Source: a virus (taxonomy: Duplodnaviria; Caudoviricetes). From it: a DNA stretch of 64,000 nt. Below are positions 19,174 through 28,100 of the stretch, in pieces; within the stretch, counting starts at the first letter, position 1, and each line of letters opens with the position of its first letter. Both the position numbers and the translations under genes were made by a program. The notes under the pieces are model-generated. The model had not been told where the DNA came from and searched no databases. It saw only the letters and a program-made list of their open reading frames with translations. The stretch is taken from the IMG/VR virus record IMGVR_UViG_3300033066_001054; one strand, given 5' to 3'.

Positions 19174-19383
19174 ATGAAGGTTACTGATATCCGCCTCACC
19201 GCTTCGGCAGAGGGCACGCTCGTCACTCCGGTAAACGCGCTCGGTTCGCGGGTTGCCAAGACCCAACTGCCAGGTTGCGGTGACTTTACCGCCATTGGCG
19301 TGCCCGTGACCGTCAAGATGCCGGTCGATATTGTCAAGTCGATTCTGCGCGGTCGAGGTGCGCGATTCAGCGCGACCGCATAA
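19174..19383 (+). CDS. hypothetical protein
   Basis: AGGAGG SD; alternative ATG at 19147. Confidence 0.65.
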   Translation: MKVTDIRLTASAEGTLVTPVNALGSRVAKTQLPGCGDFTAIGVPVTVKMPVDIVKSILRGRGARFSATA

Positions 19384-19423
19384 CAGCGGTCCCGGAACCC
19401 CGGAAACGGGGTTCCCACCTATC

Positions 19424-19528
19424 ATGAAAGCAATCTTCGCGGTGGCACTGGTGTACGGACTGGTGTTCCACACCACACTGACCATCGTCGTCATCATCGC
19501 ACTTGCGGTGCTTAAGGTAGTTAAGTAA
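19424..19528 (+). CDS. 34-aa membrane peptide
   Basis: ATG at motif +38; entirely hydrophobic. Confidence 0.55.
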   Translation: MKAIFAVALVYGLVFHTTLTIVVIIALAVLKVVK

Positions 19529-19864
19529 CCGCCGGTCCCGGAACTCAACACACGACCAAACGCCTAAGCATGGCAAGAGAGGTAGTCACATGAAGCGCTG
19601 AGCATTCAAGCTAATCTGGAACCGACAAGCCGGGGTGGTGCCCCGGCTCCAAATCCAAGGCGGCCCCGGACGCCTGGCAAGCGCCCGGTGACTAGCTCCC
19701 GGCTCGCAAGCCGGACCGCCGAGGTCGACCTTGGTGCCAATCGCTGTTTCCCTAAGTGGAGGGGGTGGGGTCAAGATTTTAGGTACCATATTGGAAATAG
19801 TAACGTCCGTATACGGGATGTTATTTTTCTTCTGTGAGTCATATTAGTGAGCGCCATGGTGGGT

Positions 19865-20464
19865 CTAAAAAACAGTTTTGGTTTCAGAAAGACCATTTTT
19901 CAAAAAAATATCACAAATTTTTTCTAGATTGTAAAACCATTCTGGAACCACGGTTGAATGATGCTTTCTATGACAAATTACGCACAGTAATTCACATTTG
20001 CAAAGTTCAGTCTGTATTGTGTCCCATGGTAGCAAACGGTTGATTCCATCTCCTATTTCAAAGGTTTTCATAGATTCGTCTATGTGATGATAGTCAAATA
20101 AACAAAAGTCATCTTGAAGATTAGACTTAAGACCGCAACGATTACACTTACCGCTCATTTGAATGATTGCCAAACGTTTTAATTGCCATTTGCGATAAAG
20201 ATGCAAGCAAGCACCACACAGTTGCAATTCGTTGTTTCGACACGTTCGACCGCACACCTTGCACTTTGGTACATGAATTGGTTTTGGTTTTTGATTTAAT
20301 CTTGTGACGCCCCTTCTGGTATCTCCGGTGTAAGGCAAGCACTTAAAGCAATACTTTCTATTGTAGTTGCCAACCCTTTGACCAAGTTGATTCTCCCTCG
20401 GATAAAACAAATCACCACAAGACTGACAGGTTTTATATGAACTAGTACTTCTGTTTCTTCCCAT
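19865..20464 (-). CDS. HNH endonuclease with zinc fingers
   Basis: CNRCG...DYHHID...CELLCVICHRKHH; start moved to ATG 20464 (MGRNRST). Confidence 0.8.
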   Translation of the reverse strand: MGRNRSTSSYKTCQSCGDLFYPRENQLGQRVGNYNRKYCFKCLPYTGDTRRGVTRLNQKPKPIHVPKCKVCGRTCRNNELQLCGACLHLYRKWQLKRLAIIQMSGKCNRCGLKSNLQDDFCLFDYHHIDESMKTFEIGDGINRLLPWDTIQTELCKCELLCVICHRKHHSTVVPEWFYNLEKICDIFLKNGLSETKTVF

Positions 20465-20752
20465 GTGACTCTTATACACTATATGGGAGTCTTGAACAGG
20501 GGGGGTGGGTCGGAAAAACCGATTTTGGTTTGGAAACGGCCATTTTCGAAAAAATACCACACAAAAATTTCTGCAAAGATTTTCGACTTGCTTTTTTGGG
20601 GCGCGATGATGTATACTCAGGCGCATGAGCGTTGCTTTACCCGAAAGGCCGATACAGTCTGAATCACCTGTGCCTGAAGTGCGGACTGGTGCTGGAGTTC
20701 CACCACCCCAAAAACCACCGAAGGCACCACCAGTGAGTCCACCGGAGGATGA

Positions 20753-21262
20753 TTGATGCCTCCGTATAGAGACTTTACCATAGAGCAGATAACCAAAACA
20801 CTTATCGAGTGCTTCTTGATTGCCGAATACACTGGTATTTACACAAAAAGAACCGTGCCGTCTCAATGTTTGCAAGTAGAAAGGGGCGCAGATACTACCG
20901 CAGTTGATATCTGCAACACTATTGCCAATCACTTTTCCAAAGAACTACTTGACCACTATGGCAAAAAGGCAATCCTTACATCTATCGAAGAACAAGATTT
21001 GTCGCCGGCATCATATAAGGTCGTGCAAGAGTTTGATGGCGTTCAACCTAAGTCCACGGTAATTGAGGATGAAAACATTCCAAAAGCCGAGGCGTTAAAA
21101 ATCACATTCAACAACGGTAGGTCGCCTTGCATATATGTTCACAAAGTAGACCATGAATCCGTGTACTGGAGCATGGATTTTGGCGATGGGTATGCCGAGA
21201 GGGTGAATATGCAGTATTACGGCAGTGTTATTGATGGTATACTGGAGTCCGCAAATGGCTAA
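20753..21262 (+). CDS. hypothetical protein (C-terminal SVIDGILE)
   Basis: GGAGG SD; first of a coupled run. Confidence 0.7.
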   Translation: MMPPYRDFTIEQITKTLIECFLIAEYTGIYTKRTVPSQCLQVERGADTTAVDICNTIANHFSKELLDHYGKKAILTSIEEQDLSPASYKVVQEFDGVQPKSTVIEDENIPKAEALKITFNNGRSPCIYVHKVDHESVYWSMDFGDGYAERVNMQYYGSVIDGILESANG

Positions 21263-21791
21263 ACGCACACCGGTTAAACCACGTTCCGAGTTCAACTGCA
21301 CACTGTACTTGGCAGATTTGGGTATCGCCATCAAAATGCGCGGCTTATCAGGCTACAAAGGACATTCGTGGCTTGACGACACTCTCAGGCTTACATTCAC
21401 ACCATCATATCCACAGCAGGCTGCGTATCACGGTTCTCAAAATGTCATTGTGTTTCACGAGGCTGGCCGCAGTCACCATTTAACCAACTTACGCACTGGT
21501 AATTTTCAAGGTGGTTCATTACATATAGAGTGTGATGGTGCTAATGAATTACACTTCGAGGAACCAGCTTGCGAATGGTTCTCATTTGATTTTTCACGCT
21601 TTGACGAAGTTTTACAACTGCCAAGACCCACTATGACCGGTTTTTGGTGGTCGTACTATGACCGGCATAATGAGTCTAGCTTAAATGTCGACTATAGATA
21701 CACAGCACGTAAGAATAGCGTGAATTCCCTTGGAACAAAATACATGAAACCCAACAAGCTGGACATCATGTTGGAGGAATTATCGAAATGA
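21255..21791 (+). CDS. hypothetical protein (RTP paralogue family)
   Basis: MAKRTPVK... Confidence 0.7.
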   Translation: MAKRTPVKPRSEFNCTLYLADLGIAIKMRGLSGYKGHSWLDDTLRLTFTPSYPQQAAYHGSQNVIVFHEAGRSHHLTNLRTGNFQGGSLHIECDGANELHFEEPACEWFSFDFSRFDEVLQLPRPTMTGFWWSYYDRHNESSLNVDYRYTARKNSVNSLGTKYMKPNKLDIMLEELSK

Positions 21792-22465
21792 AACCCCCGG
21801 TTGAAATCAAGCGCGTCGAGCAAGGCGAGCGCGGCATTTCTGACAGTGCCAGTACGAAGAAATTGCTTCAAACACAAAGGGTACACAGTTTGTTCCGTTC
21901 TCATTTCATTGGTCATCTGTGGAAACCGGCAGTAAACCACGAAGACGGTGTACACCACACACGTATTACATGGCCTGAGAAAGACTCTGACGGTCTGGAT
22001 ATCCTAGTTGAAGCAGGTTTTGAGTATGCGCTTGGCGAGTGCCTCAAAGACCAATATATGAAGCGTTCCGGTCCAGTCAACGAAGGCCAGTCAAGATGGT
22101 TCCGTGAATTCGGCCGCAGACACGATGGTATGCTTGCCATCAATCCACTTGACACAATTCTCGAGTACGACAAGTATTTCGGCAAGAACATTGCTCCAGA
22201 GCGCATTGCTTATGCAGATGTCATCCCACCCGGTCACGTGCTTTGCTTTAGCTGGTTGAAAGACAACTACATGCACCTCGAGTTTAACGAAGACGGCACG
22301 GCAGATGCGTGGATGAAATACAACACTCAAATTGACTCCAAAAAGTTTGCTTCAAAAGACGACATTGACGACGACGAACCAGAAATCTGTGATTCAATGC
22401 TGGTCAACATACCCGGCTTGGCTGGCGCATCTGTAGTGGATAACATTCTCGATGGGCTCATATAG
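21788..22465 (+). CDS. hypothetical protein
   Basis: ATGA overlap; GGAGG SD. Confidence 0.75.
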   Translation: MKPPVEIKRVEQGERGISDSASTKKLLQTQRVHSLFRSHFIGHLWKPAVNHEDGVHHTRITWPEKDSDGLDILVEAGFEYALGECLKDQYMKRSGPVNEGQSRWFREFGRRHDGMLAINPLDTILEYDKYFGKNIAPERIAYADVIPPGHVLCFSWLKDNYMHLEFNEDGTADAWMKYNTQIDSKKFASKDDIDDDEPEICDSMLVNIPGLAGASVVDNILDGLI

Positions 22466-23021
22466 AACACCAATAAAGCATGACCGGCGACTCAGAAACA
22501 CCGTCTATATCTTTTTAGGCGATGCAAACCTAGCCATGCGTCTCGAACTCAGTGTGGCGCAAAAACCGTCTTGGTATGACAAAAAGGTTTGGTTGGCGTG
22601 TCATCTGTATGACATTAAATATGCACCGTGGGACGGTAAGCTGAATCTCATACATACACCAGGTTCAAAACGCACACACCCATTGATATCAATAATGCTT
22701 GAAGGTGACGCATACTCTAACGAACAATACCGAGACATCATTCTTGAAATCAATGCAATTGATGATTTCCCAACACCTGAAATACCAGAATTTGCCCACA
22801 TGTCTCCGCTCGATGTTATACGCACATCGAGATGTCCTGTTCCATCAAGACTGGATATCAACTGGCAACTTAGCTATCATGGTATATCCACCTTAGAAAT
22901 GTCCGCAGTAAGTCAAGAAACCGGTATACCAGTCGACGCCGGCGCACGTAAGCGCATGGAATCAGACCCAAGCTACCTTGATGATATTTTCCAAACATGG
23001 GGCTTGGCAAATATCACATAG
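22452..23021 (+). CDS. hypothetical protein (RTP paralogue family)
   Basis: MGSYRTPIK... Confidence 0.7.
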   Translation: MGSYRTPIKHDRRLRNTVYIFLGDANLAMRLELSVAQKPSWYDKKVWLACHLYDIKYAPWDGKLNLIHTPGSKRTHPLISIMLEGDAYSNEQYRDIILEINAIDDFPTPEIPEFAHMSPLDVIRTSRCPVPSRLDINWQLSYHGISTLEMSAVSQETGIPVDAGARKRMESDPSYLDDIFQTWGLANIT

Positions 23022-23039
23022 TTATGGTAGACTACATAC

Positions 23040-23564
23040 ATGAGCAAACGAACACCACTGAAGAAGGGCGAGACTGGTTATGCTTATGTGTTTATGTCTG
23101 ACCCAGGTATCGTGCTAAAGATTCGTGCTGAGGTTACCGATTACAATTGGCAAGGTCAAAGACTAGAGTTGCGCATGAAGTCTAAGAGCATTGCTGTTGC
23201 CGGGTACAGTGGGACTCGCAATATGGTGTATTTCCCAGGCGTTAACAAGACCAGGCCTCTGTATCAGTTTAGTTGTTATTTCGACAACAGTAGTTCTCAA
23301 CATCTTTCTGTGTATGTTGACGGTGTTGAATCGTTGCACAATCCAAACATCTCTATGGATTTTGACAGCAATGTTTCCACTTTGTCTTTGCTCCGCCACA
23401 TGCGTATGCCACCTCCGGTGAGTATCAATGTAGGATGGACCGCAGCAGACTACCAGACCAAGCAGCCCAAGTACTCGTGTCGGTTGGATTGTGTTGAGGG
23501 TGGACGTCAAACCAATTACAGGAAGCAAACCGAGGTCGACAAGATTCTGGAGTCTCTCTTGTGA
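23040..23564 (+). CDS. hypothetical protein (RTP paralogue family)
   Basis: MSKRTPLK...; TGG-TAGACT 6 nt upstream of ATG. Confidence 0.75.
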   Translation: MSKRTPLKKGETGYAYVFMSDPGIVLKIRAEVTDYNWQGQRLELRMKSKSIAVAGYSGTRNMVYFPGVNKTRPLYQFSCYFDNSSSQHLSVYVDGVESLHNPNISMDFDSNVSTLSLLRHMRMPPPVSINVGWTAADYQTKQPKYSCRLDCVEGGRQTNYRKQTEVDKILESLL

Positions 23565-24271
23565 CACCACGCACGTACAAAGACCTAAAGCCCAAGCATC
23601 GTTATCAAAGCACCACATTTTGGGTGACACTTATGAAAAAAGGTTATCACCCAAAAACCGGGGCGCACAAACCTACTATTAGTGTCATCGACCACAGTGA
23701 ATATCTGCTCGAGCAGCAATTGCAAGCTGGCAAGCTGGTGTTAGACGGTCTTAGCTATCCTGTGATATATTGGAAGTGTGTGAGTCGAACTCACTGCGAC
23801 TTATATGACAAGGTTCGATGTGTTTATGAGATAGCGCTTGGCATGTCCGCATTGCCTGTTAAGAAATTCCAGTACAACAGGCCAGACACTGAGTCCCAAT
23901 GTGGTGTTGCAGCAGCTAAGGTTGGCAATTGTTATCACGTCAATCAATATCGTGGCAAGCTAGTTAAGAAAAATGTTTGTGTTGATGACACACATCATGT
24001 GGTTGTTGTGTCTATGGAGCACTATCATTATGATGCTTTAGATTACCAGCTAAAAACCAATGAGGTAGTCGCATTCAACCATATGCTATACTTAGTGCTT
24101 GACAGGGAAAAAATCATTCGCAAGGTCGCGACGAAGCAAGACGGCACACCTTATTTTCACCGCAAGGTTTATTTGCAGTTGAAGCTAAAGACACCGGGTC
24201 GCAGAATCCAATACGACCATGAAAAGCCCAAAAGCGTTTTAGACGAGATGTTTGAGAATGTACAGTTATGA
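23561..24271 (+). CDS. hypothetical protein
   Basis: GTGA overlap. Confidence 0.7.
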   Translation: MTPRTYKDLKPKHRYQSTTFWVTLMKKGYHPKTGAHKPTISVIDHSEYLLEQQLQAGKLVLDGLSYPVIYWKCVSRTHCDLYDKVRCVYEIALGMSALPVKKFQYNRPDTESQCGVAAAKVGNCYHVNQYRGKLVKKNVCVDDTHHVVVVSMEHYHYDALDYQLKTNEVVAFNHMLYLVLDREKIIRKVATKQDGTPYFHRKVYLQLKLKTPGRRIQYDHEKPKSVLDEMFENVQL

Positions 24272-24671
24272 CGACCGCTGGATGCTTGAGAAAACGCTAA
24301 CGCTTGTCGAGTTCAATTTAGACGGCATTACTGTTTTCGACTGCAAGGCCATCACTGGAGAGTTTTACAACAATCGTCTCCGCCGTATAATTGTAACTGA
24401 CCTCACCAATCTTCATCGCACAGACGGACACGCAGGAGACGACGAACCAATCAGCGAGTCATTCCGTATTCAGCACGGAGAGCCAATGCCTAACACTCGT
24501 TACCTTGGTGTTTCGCAGCAGATGTGTCACATGGACCGTTATTTCCGTATTCTATCACAGCGTGTAACGTTTCCCGCAGGTTCTTTTCTTGGCGTATACG
24601 ATTACGAGCTCGCTGGTTTACCTGGCGAGGGGCAAGGCGTTTTAGACGAGATTTTGGATGAGATAAGATGA
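24258..24671 (+). CDS. hypothetical protein
   Basis: Overlapping run; C-terminal GVLDEILDE. Confidence 0.65.
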   Translation: MYSYDDRWMLEKTLTLVEFNLDGITVFDCKAITGEFYNNRLRRIIVTDLTNLHRTDGHAGDDEPISESFRIQHGEPMPNTRYLGVSQQMCHMDRYFRILSQRVTFPAGSFLGVYDYELAGLPGEGQGVLDEILDEIR

Positions 24672-24763
24672 GTGAGTTTGAACTTGAAATCATTACAACC
24701 AGCTTGCTTCTGATGGGATACTTGTTGTACCAGGCTATTCGGCGCAATGGGAGACGTCAGTGA
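24668..24763 (+). CDS. 31-aa membrane peptide
   Basis: Overlaps neighbours at both ends; hydrophobic core. Confidence 0.4.
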   Translation: MSEFELEIITTSLLLMGYLLYQAIRRNGRRQ

Positions 24764-25170
24764 TGTATCGCCCTCCCACGCAACGCGAGAAATTCTGTTT
24801 GTTCTTCGACAATGCACGTTGTCGTAAAGTTGGCCGCAAATACGTGGTCACGTGTTACAATTACGAAGTATCATACGACAGGATTATAGCCAGCGAAGCA
24901 AACACTGCTGAACGCGCATGGAGTGTTGCTTGGTGTTCTTTCAAGCGTCAAATCTTTGACAGGCTACGCAATGAATACATTGACCCATGGCTCGAGTTGC
25001 CAGACGGAGTTATGATTCCTGGCAAACACAATGTGCAGTGGTCTTGGTCAGAGTTCAAGGCAGACCCCAAGGTTCGCCACCTTTGGTTTGACATTCTTAA
25101 ACCATCGGAGCGCGGCTGTTCGATGCTTGACAGTCTTATTCAGCTATCGGCTCTGGAAGTCTGTGATTGA
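24763..25170 (+). CDS. hypothetical protein
   Basis: Coupled start. Confidence 0.6.
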   Translation: MYRPPTQREKFCLFFDNARCRKVGRKYVVTCYNYEVSYDRIIASEANTAERAWSVAWCSFKRQIFDRLRNEYIDPWLELPDGVMIPGKHNVQWSWSEFKADPKVRHLWFDILKPSERGCSMLDSLIQLSALEVCD

Positions 25171-28100
25171 GAATCTTATTGGCCGCAGCGTACTTTCCGC
25201 TTGCGATTGCGTAAAGTCTTTCATCGAACGTTTTAGGCAGCCACATATACGTTTCGCTCACCTGTCTGTCTTGTCCGCGTCTCCATGCTCTAGCATATGC
25301 TTGTTCATAGTCGATTGGGTTAGGCATAAGTTCTGCGTGTATGACTTTATTGGCCGCAGTCAGCGTGATACCTTCTTTCAGTACTTTGTACGACGCAACG
25401 ATTACCTTGACGTTCGGGTCGTTTTGGAATTGTTCAAACGTTTCTTCGCGTTTTTTGTCCGATGTAGCACCGTACACGATGGCGACTTTCCATTCTGGGT
25501 GTCCCATTGATTTGAATTTCTGTTCTATACCGGCCGCAACAGTTTCGATAACGTTTTTGTGATATGCGAACACCAAGACCTGATTAGGTCTTCCTTGTTC
25601 GCTACCTCTGGCTTGCAACGCTGCTTCGGCCGCGACATACGGTGCTTTTCTCATACCAATGGCATTTCTCACCTTGGCCACGCGTTGGAAGCTGACTTTC
25701 ACCTTGTCGTTGTATTCATGTTCAAGTTCTGCTAGTTCGTCTTGGCTTGCACCATTCTTCTTAGCTTCGATGATTTTGTGTTCGATTGCCGACAGTTCTG
25801 TTGTGCGTGCGTCAAGTCCTGTATTGTCCTGGTCTTCTACAATGGCTCGATATTGTGCTTGTCCTTTCGGTGGCCATGTATATTGGTCTCCGAGTGCTTC
25901 GAGGTCTTTGTGTATCCTTCGCATGATAATGCCATCGAAGTGTTTTGTTTGGCCTCCCGAGCGATATGTACCACCACCGAACAGTATTTTGTTCAGCAGC
26001 GTCATGTTTTGTGGGCGCACTGGTTTGGTAATGAACAGTCTATGTAATTCCGGTGTACCGGTTTGTTTGTTCTTCTTCCACATAGTGGTTCGGAACGCTT
26101 TCATTACTGCAAACTGGTACATGAATTCGTCTTCATTATTGAAGATATCTGGTCGTACAAATCTCAGGTTGGCGTACAGTTCCCATGCGTATGACGGTAT
26201 AGGTGTACCAGTGAGCAACAGTCTTCTTTTGCTTGGCACGCCTGGATAGTGTCCATCATCGCTCAGTCCTGGTGTTTTGACTTCTGGTATGAGCGGATTT
26301 TCGCTTTTTCTGCGTTTTGGTCGTCCACCCATAATGACACATGCTTGAACGCTATGTTCATCTTTGACACGGTGTGATTCGTCAAGAATGACATAGTCCC
26401 AGGCTCTGTCTCCGATTCTCTCTGGGTTTGAGATATCCTTAGACGCCTTGCTCAATGACTCATAGCTCATCACCGTAATGTCCGGCAATTCTTCATCTTT
26501 CTTATATCTTCCAACTTTGACTTTCAGTTTGGTGGTAATAGGGTCTCTCATATGGTCTCCTGCGAGCCATTTTTTCATTTCCCTTATCCACACTGGCACC
26601 ATAACGCTTGGGCACACCACGAGCACTTTTTTAATGCTTGGGTTTGTGCTGATGACACCAATGGCAGGCATAGTTTTACCGATGCCTGGTGAGTCGGCAA
26701 GTATTGCTCCTCTTTCTTCATCTGGTTTCGCGTCATCCTTTCCTCCGAGTCTTTCATTGATAAAGCTGACTGCGGCCATTTGATATGGCAGATATTCAAT
26801 TTGTTTCTTTGTAGGTATGAGGTTTTTCGGTGTTGGAATCGCTGTTATCTTGTGTGGTGTATGTGCGTATGATTTGCGATGGTTTTCTTCGTTGTATCCT
26901 TCTACAGAGTATGGTTGTCGTGTCCGTTGTACGCGGTCGATGTTTTCTTGATACTTTTTGCGTTGTCGTTCGCTTTCTTCTCTTCTCGAGTCGATAAGCA
27001 TTTGTTCTCTGCGGCCGGCTATCGCGATTGGGTGGTTTGGGTTTGACCAAGCAGCTTCGACTGCGTCCTTGCCTTCGGTTCCCACTGACACATACATATT
27101 GGCGTGTTTCGCCCCTCTCCAATCATTTTTGGCACTAGGTTTCGGGAAGAAGTACACCACCTTTGGTTTGAATCCTGCTGCTTTCAGTATGCCTTCATAT
27201 TCTGCTTTATCTCCAAAAGCTGCATACACTGGTTTGCCGTCTGGATACGACACTGCGCCCACATCTTCGATGGTCATGTCTGCGACTTCATCATAGGCAC
27301 CGTCTGGCACTGCTGGCATTGCATCGAGTGGCGTGCCGGGTTTAGGCATCACCACGAGTGCGTTGCCTTGTGCCACCAATGCCTGTACTTTTTCCGGCAC
27401 TGGATTACCTTGGATATACTGTTGTAGTTCCGTAGTGTTTTGGGCTTGTTGTCGTTTTTGTACGGCATCTTTCAGTGCCTGCATGCGTTTTTGTGCTTCT
27501 TCCGAGAGCAGCGAGCTGGTTTCTGGTGCAGTCTTTTCTGGTGTTACTGGTTGATTTTGTGCCGGCTTTGGTGTTACGGTTTGTGTTGGTTGCACCACCT
27601 TTGGTGTATCATTCACTTTCTGGTTGATTTTGTCCATGAACGACAGTTGTGGTTTCTTTCCTGGTATGACGGCTGGTTGTGGTGTTACGACCGGTGGTGT
27701 TACGACCGGTGGTGTTGCGGCTGGTGTTGGTTGCGCCACATTCTGGGTTTCGTTCAATTTCTGGTTGATTTTGTCCATGAACGACGGCCTTGGTTTTTCA
27801 TCTGCGGCCATTCTGATAAATTCGTTCACCAGTGCTCCATGCACGGTGTTGTCATGGATTTCAACTGTTTCCGGGTGATATGCGACGATTTCACCCATTT
27901 CCTTTGGGTGTACAGCGTCGATAAATCCGTCATAGCCTTTTTCCTTCAGCATTTGCGGATATTCTCCAGACGCTCTTAGTTTTGCGCTCGTCCAATCCAG
28001 TCCTTGTTCTTCAAGTTCCAGTGTTCTTTTTGGAATCCAGTCATATGGCATGATTGGGTCTTTCCAGTTTTCTTCTGTTCTGACAAGCGGATTTTTGAAC

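Larger units (their letters stand above)
368..19671 (+). repeat. Dispersed 12-bp motif NCGGYCCCGGAR, 46 copies, putative phage early promoter
   Basis: Motif starts at 368, 944, 1762, 2660, 3365, 3658, 4298, 5455, 6417, 6748, 7349, 7738, 8074, 8588, 8953, 9340, 9543, 9877, 10331, 10965, 11392, 11602, 12087, 12383, 12806, 13326, 13659, 14010, 14243, 14608, 14709, 15258, 15685, 16022, 16415, 16834, 17247, 17633, 17992, 18213, 18538, 18815, 19110, 19386, 19532, 19660. All are on the + strand; 40 have a start codon at +38/+39. The repeat is directly seen; the promoter role is inferred. Confidence 0.9.

Noticed and set aside
67-19528. ORF-track N-terminal extensions (e.g. 67, 1755, 3654, 6399, 8584, 10295, 17793, 19331) and minus-strand ORFs in the array
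   Set aside because: They run through motif/terminator modules or are antisense shadows of better + strand genes.
9543-19545. Standard ECF sigma promoter (GGAAC -35)
   Set aside because: GGAA would sit near -30 relative to the inferred +1, many copies read GGAG, and no conserved -10 element is visible. Not fully excluded.
368-19671. CRISPR array
   Set aside because: Repeats are only 12 bp conserved, separated by about 100-1200 bp of protein-coding sequence, and there is no cas operon.
368-19671. Classical integron attC cassette array
   Set aside because: There are no RYYYAAC/GTTRRRY ends and no integrase in the window. The hairpin is optional and the motif often lies inside the upstream CDS.
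368-19671. REP/BIME elements or plain terminators as the full explanation
   Set aside because: Many copies have no inverted repeat, all share one orientation, and neither explains the fixed 38-39 nt distance to start codons.
20465-20932. N-terminal 156 aa of ORF 19865..20932
   Set aside because: It crosses the A-tract repeat and overlaps a + strand gene; ATG 20464 has its own promoter-like element.
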